Source: an uncultured Candidatus Saccharibacteria bacterium (GTDB lineage Bacteria > Patescibacteriota > Minisyncoccia > Phycocordibacterales > UBA9973). Taken from it: a stretch of DNA of 64,000 nucleotides. The number at the start of each line of letters is the position of its first letter. The stretch's first letter is position 1. The notes under the pieces are model-generated. The model saw only the letters and a program-made list of their open reading frames with translations. It was not told the DNA's origin and did no database searches. Both the position numbers and the translations under genes were made by a program. Location: the NCBI GenBank assembly GCA_964625065.1, contig CAZUZL010000002.1, forward strand, positions 58,067-122,066, written 5' to 3'. This document shows positions 40,384 through 49,713 of the stretch, piece after piece.

Positions 40384-43314
40384 TTATAAATTTTGTTTAT
40401 TGAATTTGTTTATAAACTTAATAGTTTTGGCATTCATTGTACCGTCTGCTTTTAGTTTGTTAGCCTTTTGGTAGTTTATAAGAGCTTTTTTAGTAGCTTT
40501 ACCAAAGTATTTGGTTTCGTACCCTACAGACCCCCACCCTACAGTAGATACTATAAACCCATTTTTATTTAAGAACTTTTGCAATTCCAATACTTCTACA
40601 TTTCTACTGCCTACACGTGTATTTTTTACAAACACAAATGCAGGTAATGGTGCTGAAGTTGTAACAGGAACTTCATTTTGGTTTTTAGGTTGTTCTGTGG
40701 TAGTTATTAATTTGTTTGGAGGTAATTCTGTTAATATACCACCAGCGCTGTTTGAGCTTGTTGTTGGTGTAGTTTCTACTTCAGCAACGGGTAATGTGAC
40801 TATGTAATAGTTTTTAAATGCATTAGGCGACACTGCTTCTGAAACAAATGCAACCTTAGAACCGTCAGGTGACAGTGTTGGATAAAAAGTGCCACCTTCT
40901 GTTGCTTGGCCAGTAAAAAATGTAGGTAATCTGATTATACTGTTATCTAGCATATTTTTAACATACACATCATACGCACCATTTGAACCTAAACTTCCCG
41001 CGTTTGAAGCAAAAGATATGTATTTACCATCTGCAGATATACTTGAGCCACTTACAGAACTATCAGTCTGTGTTCCGTCTGCCGCTACAGAAACAATTGT
41101 TGTAGTGCCGAGTTGCATGTCGCGAACAAATATATCCGGGATATTGTTTAGATCACCATTTACTAAATCTGAAGCGCTAGATTCAAATGTAATATATCGC
41201 CCATCTGGTGACATAATTGGGTAAATAGATTCACCATTAGCAGACGCGGTACCGGCTGAATTTATAGATACTAGTGTAGTAGTTCCTAGAAGCGTGTCGC
41301 GGATAAAAACATCAGATTGACTGTTTGTATCTATATCAGGCACAACATCGTCTATTGGTGCGTCGAAAGCAACATAACGACCATCTTCAGATATTACAGG
41401 GTTATACGATGAAGCTAATATTTCAGTGCCGTCGTTTTTTAATGATACACGCGTAGTTGTGTTTTCTTGTAAATCACGTACAAAAACGTCATATAAACCA
41501 TTTGTGTCCCCTGCGACCAGGTTTGTGGCAGAACTTGTAAATGCTACATAACGTCCATTTGCAGACATGTCTGCAATATATGAATAGTCGTCAGATTCTA
41601 CACCAGCAGTAGACAGTGACACACGTGTGGTTGTACCTAGTTGCATGTCGCGAACAAATACATCTCCTTTATTGTTTGTGTCCCCTGCGACCAGGTTTGT
41701 GGCATCAGAAAGAAATGCTACATACCGCCCGTCGGCAGACATAGAAGGCATATAAGAAATACTGTTACCCTGTACACCTGCAGTAGATACAGAAATACGT
41801 GTAGCTGTGTTTAGTTGTGTGTCGCGAACAAATATGTCAGAAATACCGTTAGTGTCATTATTGACTAAGTTTCCAGAATATGAACTGAATGCAACATACC
41901 TACCGTCTGTAGACATGTTGTTTCTATATTGAGAAAAATCGTCTGGTGAGGAACCAAAAGCAATTGAGGTATAAACATTCGATATATGTGTCGTTGTACC
42001 AGTTTGTGTGTCGTGTATAAACATGTCGTCACTGTCTGGAATAACATCGTTATCAAACAAGTTAGAAGCAACTGAACCAAAAGTTATATAGCGTCCATTT
42101 GGTGATATAGACGGAGTATACGAATCTGAATTGGCTTCTGCGCCACCAGTTACTACAGAAACTCGTGTTGTAGTGTTTAGTTGTGTGTCACGGACAAAAA
42201 CATCTGTAATAACACTGGTGTCGTCTGCAACTAGGTTACTTGCTGTTGATTGAAATGCTATATAGCGCCCATCAGCAGATATAGATGCATATGTAGAATC
42301 AAGGTTACCTTCTACGCCAGCAGTAGAAACAGACACACGAGTTGTTGTGCTAGTTAATGTGTCGCGCATAAACACATCTGTTTTTGCGTTTGTGTCACCC
42401 ACAACTAAATTTGAAGCATCAGAATGAAATACTACATACCGGCCATCTGCAGATATTATTGCAAAATTAGACTGGTTATTAGATTCAGTACCATCAGTTG
42501 CAACTGATACACGTGTTGTAGTGTTTAGTTGTGTGTCGCGCATAAAAATATCTGTATACCCGTTTGTATCGTCAGCAACCAGACCTGTACCTGATGATTC
42601 GAAACTAACATAACGGCCATCAGCAGATATACTGGCACCAACTGCGCCTTCTATTTCTTCATCACCGGCGGTGTTAACTGAAACACGTGATGTAGTGTTT
42701 AGAACAGTGTCGCGAACAAAAACATCAGGGTTACCATTAGTGTCGCCCACAACTAAGTTCGATGCGATTGACTCAAAAGCCACATACCGGCCATCGTCTG
42801 AAATAGACGGTGTCCTTGAGTCACCATTGGCTTCTGTGCCGTCTGCTGCAACTGACACGCGTTTAGTTGTACCTAGTTGGGTGTCGCGTACAAATATGTC
42901 CAAGTTACCTAAAGTGTCGCCGTCGACAAGGTTTGTAGCATACGAATAAAATGCAATGTAACGCCCGTCTGGTGTATAAGCCAAATCTAAAGAATCAGCA
43001 TTACCCATTTCACCAGCACTGTTTACAGAAACTATTTCAGTAGCACCAGTTGCATGGGTATATTTATATATTTGGTAATTATATGGACTAAGCGACGACA
43101 CGCCGTAGAACAATGCGTCGCCGTTATCTAGAACGCCTTTACCACCATCTGAGATTGCTGTTGTGTGCCGTATAGGTACAGTTGCGTCACCTATATCTAT
43201 TTGAACTATATCAGATGTTGCTGCAAATGACTGTGTACCTAAAAAAGGTAATACGCAAACCAAGTATATACCCAGCACTGACATAGTTATGTGTTGTAGT
43301 TTTTTCATATACAA
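40384..43314 (-). CDS. Secreted PD40 (TolB-like) beta-propeller repeat protein with C-terminal peptidoglycan-binding domain.
   Basis: 976 aa with a signal peptide. About 16 repeats of ~44 aa (DGRYVAFxSxASNLVxGDTNGxxDVFVRDTQLNTTTRVSV). The C-terminal ~80 aa are PG_binding_1-like. Confidence 0.7.
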   Translation of the reverse strand: MYMKKLQHITMSVLGIYLVCVLPFLGTQSFAATSDIVQIDIGDATVPIRHTTAISDGGKGVLDNGDALFYGVSSLSPYNYQIYKYTHATGATEIVSVNSAGEMGNADSLDLAYTPDGRYIAFYSYATNLVDGDTLGNLDIFVRDTQLGTTKRVSVAADGTEANGDSRTPSISDDGRYVAFESIASNLVVGDTNGNPDVFVRDTVLNTTSRVSVNTAGDEEIEGAVGASISADGRYVSFESSGTGLVADDTNGYTDIFMRDTQLNTTTRVSVATDGTESNNQSNFAIISADGRYVVFHSDASNLVVGDTNAKTDVFMRDTLTSTTTRVSVSTAGVEGNLDSTYASISADGRYIAFQSTASNLVADDTSVITDVFVRDTQLNTTTRVSVVTGGAEANSDSYTPSISPNGRYITFGSVASNLFDNDVIPDSDDMFIHDTQTGTTTHISNVYTSIAFGSSPDDFSQYRNNMSTDGRYVAFSSYSGNLVNNDTNGISDIFVRDTQLNTATRISVSTAGVQGNSISYMPSMSADGRYVAFLSDATNLVAGDTNNKGDVFVRDMQLGTTTRVSLSTAGVESDDYSYIADMSANGRYVAFTSSATNLVAGDTNGLYDVFVRDLQENTTTRVSLKNDGTEILASSYNPVISEDGRYVAFDAPIDDVVPDIDTNSQSDVFIRDTLLGTTTLVSINSAGTASANGESIYPIMSPDGRYITFESSASDLVNGDLNNIPDIFVRDMQLGTTTIVSVAADGTQTDSSVSGSSISADGKYISFASNAGSLGSNGAYDVYVKNMLDNSIIRLPTFFTGQATEGGTFYPTLSPDGSKVAFVSEAVSPNAFKNYYIVTLPVAEVETTPTTSSNSAGGILTELPPNKLITTTEQPKNQNEVPVTTSAPLPAFVFVKNTRVGSRNVEVLELQKFLNKNGFIVSTVGWGSVGYETKYFGKATKKALINYQKANKLKADGTMNAKTIKFINKFNKQNL

Positions 43315-43362
43315 ATATTATACTACAAATTAAGACAAAATGTAGACTAGAAAAGAGTAAAA

Positions 43363-43388
43363 ACCTTTCCGTTAGGAAAGGTTTTTAC
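43363..43388. terminator. Terminator hairpin after the rnpB 3' end.
   Basis: aaacctttccgttaggaaaggttttt. Confidence 0.6.
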
Positions 43389-43389
43389 A

Positions 43390-43720
43390 TATTCTGTGCT
43401 CGTAAGCCGAATTCTGTTCTAATGGTATTTATCTAGGAATAGTATTACTACTACCCTCAAGCGACTCTTTCCGACTTGCGTCGGAACACGGTCTTGCACA
43501 CGAGTAAGGATTTAGCCGTTTCACCCCTGAAGTTACCATCAGGGCTCACCCACCGATTGCTCGTCGGGTGTCTTTTCCTTTCGGAAAAAGACGTCTCTGC
43601 TCGCACCTCTTAGTTTGTACTAGATGGGTGTTACCCACTACTTGTACTAATTAAATAGTTATGTGTTCGGACTTTCCTCACCCAAACTTACGTTTAGGCG
43701 TAACCACTTCGGCACAGAAC
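43390..43720 (-). ncRNA. rnpB: RNase P RNA.
   Basis: Minus-strand read contains GAGGAAAGUCCGAAC (P4 5' strand) and ACAGAAUUCGGCUUA (P4 3' strand). P1 pairing UUCUGUGC/GCACAGAA. Own promoter TTGTCA-17-tgcTATACT at 43727-43760. Confidence 0.8.
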
Positions 43721-43748
43721 TTTGTTAGTATAGCACAGTACAACACAC

Positions 43749-43776
43749 TTGACAATAGTAAATAAAGGTGTATAAT
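43749..43776 (+). promoter_or_regulatory. Sigma70-type promoter for the 43806 ORF, divergent from the rnpB promoter.
   Basis: -35 TTGACA (43749-43754), 16 nt, -10 gtgTATAAT (43771-43776). Confidence 0.55.
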
Positions 43777-43805
43777 TTAGTTAACTTAATAACATAGTTT
43801 TTATT

Positions 43806-44093
43806 ATGATAAATATAGCAAATATGGATGAAGCCCGTAAAAATAATATGCTTCAATTGTCTTTACAGATTTTAGGAATAATGATGGTAGAACTCCATTG
43901 GACACCTATTAAAGCAATAGATTATGTTCTAGAAGTATACCAGGACCCGAAGGAGGGAATTATAAACCCCTACCCGATTGAGGAGATCAGGAATTTTTTA
44001 TACATAATTGTAAATGAAAACCCTGAAATAGGTGGCCCAGTTAACGGGGAAAGAAAAGACGTACCAGGACTACTTGAGGTTTTAGAATCTTAA
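43806..44093 (+). CDS. Hypothetical small protein.
   Basis: 95-aa ORF downstream of a strong promoter. Confidence 0.45.
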   Translation: MINIANMDEARKNNMLQLSLQILGIMMVELHWTPIKAIDYVLEVYQDPKEGIINPYPIEEIRNFLYIIVNENPEIGGPVNGERKDVPGLLEVLES

Positions 44094-44186
44094 AGTTTAC
44101 TCGCCCAACCATTGTAAAAACGATGAGCTTACTCAAGCCCATCGTTTTTTTGTTTTTAATCTGTCACCTATAAACTGTAACCTGGT

Positions 44187-46505
44187 TTAGATTTCACAAA
44201 CTCCACCTACACATGCCAATTCCTTTTTCACTTCTGTTTCGTCTGTAACTTCGTATGTCATTATTTTTGAGAAGTCGATGTTTGCAACAGTGCCCTTTAG
44301 TTCATTATAACGTTGTTCGGTTATGGCTTCGTATGGGGCTAGTTGGTAAATGTGGTTTGAACGTGGTAGGAATGAAAGTCCGCCAACTATGTCCCAGTTT
44401 TTGTAAACCCAACTTGCTACTTCTATCCATTCGTCGTCGCCTACTGAAACTGTTACTGAAGGGTTATGTTCAGTGTAGTTTACTTTTACAACTTTCCAGT
44501 GTTCTAGTTGGTCGATGGCGTTTATGTCGTCTTTGAACACACCACCCTTTGGTGCCTTAACTGGGAATTCTAGAACGAAAGTATGCGCTGTGTCGTAAGT
44601 TTGTCCAACTTCTGGGAAGTGTGGCACACCTTGGTCTTTCAACATTTTAAACAATGCGTCGTTAGCTGATATACGAACACGGCGTATGTAGTACTGACTG
44701 TGGCGTGGGTGCATACCAGAAGACGAGTCTACTGTTTGAGAAAGGTTACCTGAAGGCTTAACACATGTTATACATGTAGATTCAGATACACCAAGGCGCT
44801 TAGCATATAGTTTGTTTATGCGTATTGTTTCAGCGCGTAGTTTTGCTAGCACTTTTGGTGCACGAGCAACCTTACTGTCCCATTGGCCAGTTATAGATAC
44901 ACCTAGCAAACGCTCCTTTTCACAGTTTTCTTTCCATTCTTTTGAAAGGTAGCCGAATTTTGTTAATGAAGACTGGTATGTACCTAGTATAGTTGCGATG
45001 CGGATTTTCTTCATCAATGTTGCCTCGGTGTCCTCTGCGCGGGCTACAACTTCAGATAGGTTGCAGAACTGTTTTGAACGAAGAATAATTTCGCCACATG
45101 GGTTTGTACCGATAGAACCAACAACATGGTTTGCTGCATCTATGTAGCCATCTTTTTTAAGTAGTTCTACACGGCGTTTTGGTAGTTGGTCTGGTAAACC
45201 ACCGCGGTTAAATATGCCACGTTCGCCTGAACCAGACTTCATCAACGCTACCCATTCGTCCATGAATTCTTCGGTACTTGGTTTGTTGTTGTAAACTGCC
45301 GAGTTATTAGCCAACATACGTTGTCCGTCTGTGTTCCAGAACTGACCTTTTTTAGCGTCACGCATTGCGTCGTCGTCTAGATCAGAAAGTGATATTAGCG
45401 CACTGCGACGTACACCACCTGAGACTACAACTTCGCCTATTTTACATATTATGTCGTGTGCGTCTATGTTAGTTAGACGGCGGCCTTGGCGGTGTAGAAC
45501 CTTGGCACGAGTAAAATCAAGCAGGTCTACCAGTGGTTGTGGGCCAGAAGACTTGCCCCCCATAGTAGCTAAACGCGCACCAGACGGACGTAGTTGTGAA
45601 AAGTTAAACTTGATGTCGTTACCGTCGAACCAAGTTTGCATACCTACAGCAAATGCGTCTGCCCAACCTTCTTTTGAATCTGCCACTGTATATGTAGGCA
45701 ACATTTTACCTGTTTGGTAGGCTATCTGTGGCAGTGCCTGAATGTTTTGACTTTCTATAGAAAAACCAACGCCAGTACCACACATAGATATGTATATTAT
45801 TTCAGCAAAATCCTGAATAGATTTTGGCGCAGTAAACGAACAGTTATATGCACATACATTTGTTGCACGTGCTGGTTTGCCAGCAAACTGCATTAGACGC
45901 ATAGAAGGCATGGCTTCTTGGTTTAGAATAGATTCACGTATTTCTTCGTATTCTTTTTTGTTTAATGCGTCACCTATGTTTTCACGCATAAAGTCCATGT
46001 AACGGTCGACTGTTTCTATCCAACATTCGCGGCGACCTTCTTCTTCGATCCAACGTGCATATGTACGGTAGTAAACAAGTTCAGCAAGCTTGTTTTTGAA
46101 ATATTTTGAAGATTCTTCAGCTTTTTTCTTAAAATCCTTGGTAACCACTACACCTTCTTCGCGAAGTTCACTACGGCGACTGCGGAACAATATGTACGAC
46201 TTGGCAGTTTCCAGAAAACCAGCACGCATAAGTTCAGCTTCTACTATGTCTTGGGCCATTTCAACAGAAGGTATAAATTTGCCTTTTTTGTTTTCTTTTT
46301 GCAAAGCAAGTAAACCCTTAAACACAGCATGAGCTATAGCAACTGCTTCGTCTTCGCCAGCGTTTTTTTCTTTTGTGTCTAAGAAAGCTTTGTATACTGC
46401 ATTAGTAATGCGGTGTACATCAAAAGCTATTACTTCGCCTAGGCGGTTACGAAACTGTTTTATTTTTGCTAGTTCTGCTTTCGAGAAACTTACTTTTTTG
46501 GTCAT
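44187..46505 (-). CDS. nrdJ: Adenosylcobalamin-dependent (class II) ribonucleoside-diphosphate/triphosphate reductase with N-terminal ATP-cone.
   Basis: 772 aa with an ATP-cone N-terminus and a class II signature NPCGEI (GTNPCGEIILRS). Confidence 0.8.
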   Translation of the reverse strand: MTKKVSFSKAELAKIKQFRNRLGEVIAFDVHRITNAVYKAFLDTKEKNAGEDEAVAIAHAVFKGLLALQKENKKGKFIPSVEMAQDIVEAELMRAGFLETAKSYILFRSRRSELREEGVVVTKDFKKKAEESSKYFKNKLAELVYYRTYARWIEEEGRRECWIETVDRYMDFMRENIGDALNKKEYEEIRESILNQEAMPSMRLMQFAGKPARATNVCAYNCSFTAPKSIQDFAEIIYISMCGTGVGFSIESQNIQALPQIAYQTGKMLPTYTVADSKEGWADAFAVGMQTWFDGNDIKFNFSQLRPSGARLATMGGKSSGPQPLVDLLDFTRAKVLHRQGRRLTNIDAHDIICKIGEVVVSGGVRRSALISLSDLDDDAMRDAKKGQFWNTDGQRMLANNSAVYNNKPSTEEFMDEWVALMKSGSGERGIFNRGGLPDQLPKRRVELLKKDGYIDAANHVVGSIGTNPCGEIILRSKQFCNLSEVVARAEDTEATLMKKIRIATILGTYQSSLTKFGYLSKEWKENCEKERLLGVSITGQWDSKVARAPKVLAKLRAETIRINKLYAKRLGVSESTCITCVKPSGNLSQTVDSSSGMHPRHSQYYIRRVRISANDALFKMLKDQGVPHFPEVGQTYDTAHTFVLEFPVKAPKGGVFKDDINAIDQLEHWKVVKVNYTEHNPSVTVSVGDDEWIEVASWVYKNWDIVGGLSFLPRSNHIYQLAPYEAITEQRYNELKGTVANIDFSKIMTYEVTDETEVKKELACVGGVCEI

Positions 46506-46668
46506 AGGTATTTTGTTGATAATTGCTAATAAATTTTTGTCTAACCATTGTACCGTGTTTCGTTTAAAAATTTAAGCATATGCAACGTTTTTACAGCCAA
46601 AAAAGACCATAACAAACCAATTTGGCCCTGATGTAAAGCAAAACGGAAAAATGTTTTTATATAGTTAG

Positions 46669-47181
46669 CTATTTTTTGCCAAGGTATACTATGTCCCCGA
46701 CTTTTATGTTTTGTTTTAGTATTTCACCTGCTGTAACCTCGATTACGGCGTTGGCAATATTGACATTTGTAAAAGTTTTTGGGTACGTTTCTGGTTGTAC
46801 GTTTTGTTCTGTGTATACAACACTGCCTACGCCGTCTGAGCTAACGTTTACCCATATTATGTCTATTGCATAGCGCATGTCTTTCATCCAGAAACCGTAT
46901 TTACCGGGTGTATCAAAAACAAAAAGCATTCCAGTTTGTGGTTCTAGTTTTTTAGTTCCTGACAAACCTTGTTCACGGCGTTCTACTGTGTCTGCAACTG
47001 ACACATTGTATGTAGTACTGCCCACTAAAATGCGTTTTTGTTGTAATGGTGCATTGTCGTAAACTACTGCTCGTGGTTCTTCTTTACTATATATAACAAA
47101 ACCAATACCAACCATGCATACAACAGCAATTATGCCAGATATTATTTTGTTTTTTATTTTTTTATTTTTGAACTTTTTCAT
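46669..47181 (-). CDS. DUF192 (COG1430) family protein.
   Basis: 170 aa with an N-terminal TM segment and the motif LFVFDTPGKYGFWMKDMRYAIDIIWV. Confidence 0.55.
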   Translation of the reverse strand: MKKFKNKKIKNKIISGIIAVVCMVGIGFVIYSKEEPRAVVYDNAPLQQKRILVGSTTYNVSVADTVERREQGLSGTKKLEPQTGMLFVFDTPGKYGFWMKDMRYAIDIIWVNVSSDGVGSVVYTEQNVQPETYPKTFTNVNIANAVIEVTAGEILKQNIKVGDIVYLGKK

Positions 47182-47264
47182 ATAGATTTATTATTATAGT
47201 ATTATAGCAAATAAAAAAACCAAGCCATAATATGTACTTGGTCTTTTGTAAGGATTACAATTTT

Positions 47265-47804
47265 TTATTCCGGAAAATTAATTGGAATTCTAAGATAATC
47301 AAACAAATCTTTTGCTTCATCCATTGTCATTACTTTTGACCATGATAAAGAAAGGTGCTGTGAATCGCTATTGTTTATAGCACAATCAATAATGGCCTGT
47401 TCAATGTCTTTCCATGTTGGTTTTTCCAAAGCCCATTTTGATGCCAAAGGTTCACTTTTTAACAAATGATTCTTAAGAAAAAATTTCTTAGCAGCTTTTT
47501 TAACAACCTCAAAGGACTTCAACTTGTCTTCCTTTTTTGTAAAATTATGCGTTGCATCAAGTATTACGTACACACGTTTTTTAGAGTGGTAATAGATGTG
47601 AATCTGATAAGCGTCATCATCACTACCTTTTTCACCACTCCACCTTTCACCATTATACTGACCAGGGAATATCGAACACATAAGATTTATTTCCCCGCCT
47701 GATTCTTCTTCTGTAAACTGTCCGGGAGTTCTAGAAAAATCATTTTCAAACATTTTACAAGGATTAGTATCCTTTGTTTCATCGGAACTGTAACTATTAT
47801 TCAT
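47265..47804 (-). CDS. Hypothetical protein.
   Basis: 179-aa ORF. Upstream promoter TTGACA-17-TATAAA on the minus strand at about 47830-47860. Confidence 0.4.
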   Translation of the reverse strand: MNNSYSSDETKDTNPCKMFENDFSRTPGQFTEEESGGEINLMCSIFPGQYNGERWSGEKGSDDDAYQIHIYYHSKKRVYVILDATHNFTKKEDKLKSFEVVKKAAKKFFLKNHLLKSEPLASKWALEKPTWKDIEQAIIDCAINNSDSQHLSLSWSKVMTMDEAKDLFDYLRIPINFPE

Positions 47805-47936
47805 GGTATATTTAATTTAATTGTTTTAAAGAGCCACTTCTTTATATCATGTATAAATATTATTGTCAAGAATTTTTAGCACCCTTATTAACTACGATAA
47901 AAACCCTTACATATGTAAGGGTTTTGTTTTATATAT

Positions 47937-49556
47937 TTACTTCTTAGTTGCAAAGTAATGTCTAGATAGTACGATCAGTAGTAACAACATGAACGTTAGT
48001 AGCAACCAACCGAACAATGATGTTGGGAAAAACCCAGTACCGAAACCAAACAATGCAGCAGCACCCTGGCCGTTACCGTAACCAAAAGGGTCGGCAGCTT
48101 TGTCTAGTATGGTACTGTTACCTTTTACTGAACCAGTTTGAACTTTGGTAGAACCACTAGTAGATGCAGTGTTCAAAGTTTTAACATAGTTAGTGTCGCC
48201 ACGAGACACAGTAGACTGGTCCATAGCAACTGCACGGTAGTAGTATGTAGTGCCAGGTTTAAGACCGGTTATGTTTGCAGAAAAAACATACGAATTGTTT
48301 ATAGCCACATACTGTTGTGCTGTAGTTTGGCCTAATGCTGTAGTTGGACCGTATTCGAACCAAACGCGTGCGTTAGTTGCAGTACCATAAACTATACCAC
48401 TGACAACAATACTTTTTGTTGTAGCAGATTTAGCTAATATAGTAGTTGCACTGATGTGGTTTGTGTTTGAACCACCACCACCGTTACCGCCACCGCCGTT
48501 TCCACCACCACCATTGCCACCGCCGCCGTTACCGCCGTTGTACGCTAATGTGTCAAAGAATAAAATGTTTCCGGCATATACTGTACCTACACTGTTTGTT
48601 GCAACAGCACGGTAATAGTATCTAGTAGATGGAAACAAACTAGAAGCAAAATGTATACAGTTACCACCAGTACCTAGTACTTGACTTGTTGTACGGTATG
48701 GCATGGCACTGTTTTCGCCATATTCAAAATACACGTTTACAGTAGAGTCGCTACCAGTTGTATATGCACAAGAAATATTTGCACTATTAAAAGTAATATT
48801 AGAAGCTGAGCTATTATATACAGTTGGCAACACGTTTGAACCGCCACCGCCTCCTCCACCGCCACCGCCACCGCCATTTGTAGGTGATGTGGTAAATTGA
48901 CCTATAGTTACAGCAGTAGTTGTACCAACGGTGTTTGTTGCAACAGCACGGTAGTAGTATTTAGTACTTGGGTTTAAACCAGTAACGTATGAGGTACATG
49001 TTGCACCTGTTGTAAGTGTTTGTGGATTTGTTTTAGTTGCTAGTGTTGTAACAGATGTGCCGTATTCAAAATACACAGAGGCAGTGTTGTCGCTACCTGT
49101 GTTTATAGCACATGTAAGGTTAACACTATTTGCAGATGGGTTTACTGCACCGGTAGTCATAACTGATGGTTTTGCACTAACTGTTATGTCTGTTACCAAA
49201 GTTGCGGTAGAACCAGTTGGAAACAACCCATGGCCTTCGCCTAATATACGATAGTAATAACGTTTACCTGAAGTTAGTCCAGTTATAGTTTTACTGTATG
49301 ACAAATTTACGCCAGTTACGGCTTCGTGTGGTGTGTCTGTAGAACCAATAAAAGCACCGTTGTCTGCATATTCAAACCAAACGTTCATAACAGAACCGTC
49401 TGTGTTGTATGTACCGTTCAGAGTTGCAGTAGTTGCAGTTGCCGTATACGAACCGGTTTGCATATATGGCGCAGCCATAGCCTGACTGGCACCGAACATA
49501 GCAAAAGCCGCACAAAATGCGAAAACAAAGCTAAATTTTTGGATTGTATTTTTCAT
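47937..49556 (-). CDS. Cell-surface protein with four FN3-like repeats, poly-Gly linkers and C-terminal TM anchor.
   Basis: 539 aa with a signal peptide. Four ~90-aa repeats end in YYYRAVATN. Linkers are GGGGGGGGGGGG and (NGGGG)4. C-terminal hydrophobic anchor plus KK. Confidence 0.65.
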   Translation of the reverse strand: MKNTIQKFSFVFAFCAAFAMFGASQAMAAPYMQTGSYTATATTATLNGTYNTDGSVMNVWFEYADNGAFIGSTDTPHEAVTGVNLSYSKTITGLTSGKRYYYRILGEGHGLFPTGSTATLVTDITVSAKPSVMTTGAVNPSANSVNLTCAINTGSDNTASVYFEYGTSVTTLATKTNPQTLTTGATCTSYVTGLNPSTKYYYRAVATNTVGTTTAVTIGQFTTSPTNGGGGGGGGGGGGSNVLPTVYNSSASNITFNSANISCAYTTGSDSTVNVYFEYGENSAMPYRTTSQVLGTGGNCIHFASSLFPSTRYYYRAVATNSVGTVYAGNILFFDTLAYNGGNGGGGNGGGGNGGGGNGGGGSNTNHISATTILAKSATTKSIVVSGIVYGTATNARVWFEYGPTTALGQTTAQQYVAINNSYVFSANITGLKPGTTYYYRAVAMDQSTVSRGDTNYVKTLNTASTSGSTKVQTGSVKGNSTILDKAADPFGYGNGQGAAALFGFGTGFFPTSLFGWLLLTFMLLLLIVLSRHYFATKK

Positions 49557-49612
49557 ATGTATATTATATCGTATTTATAAGGATATTTTAGCATTATAGC
49601 AAATTTATATGT

Positions 49613-49653
49613 TTTGTCAAGTTTAGGCTTGACTTTTAAGGCTAAATCTGCTA
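49613..49653. promoter_or_regulatory. Back-to-back divergent sigma70 promoters for the 47937-49556 and 49714-51249 genes.
   Basis: The palindrome gtcaagtttaggcttgac supplies -35 TTGACA (minus) and TTGACT (plus). The -10 boxes are tgcTATAAT (minus) and tgcTATACT (plus). Confidence 0.55.
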
Positions 49654-49713
49654 TACTACAGATAGAAAATTCAATTAAATTTCACAAGTTTTTTTCAAAA
49701 TAATAAATCAAAT

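Noticed and set aside
46506-46668. Cobalamin riboswitch or NrdR box upstream of nrdJ.
   Set aside because: No B12-box (GCCACUG-like) or convincing 16-bp NrdR palindrome was found. There is only a weak AACTATATAAAAAC half-site.
48470-48885. GGN/ccacc tandem repeats as a CRISPR or non-coding microsatellite.
   Set aside because: They are in frame within a long ORF and encode poly-Gly linkers. There is no repeat-spacer periodicity.
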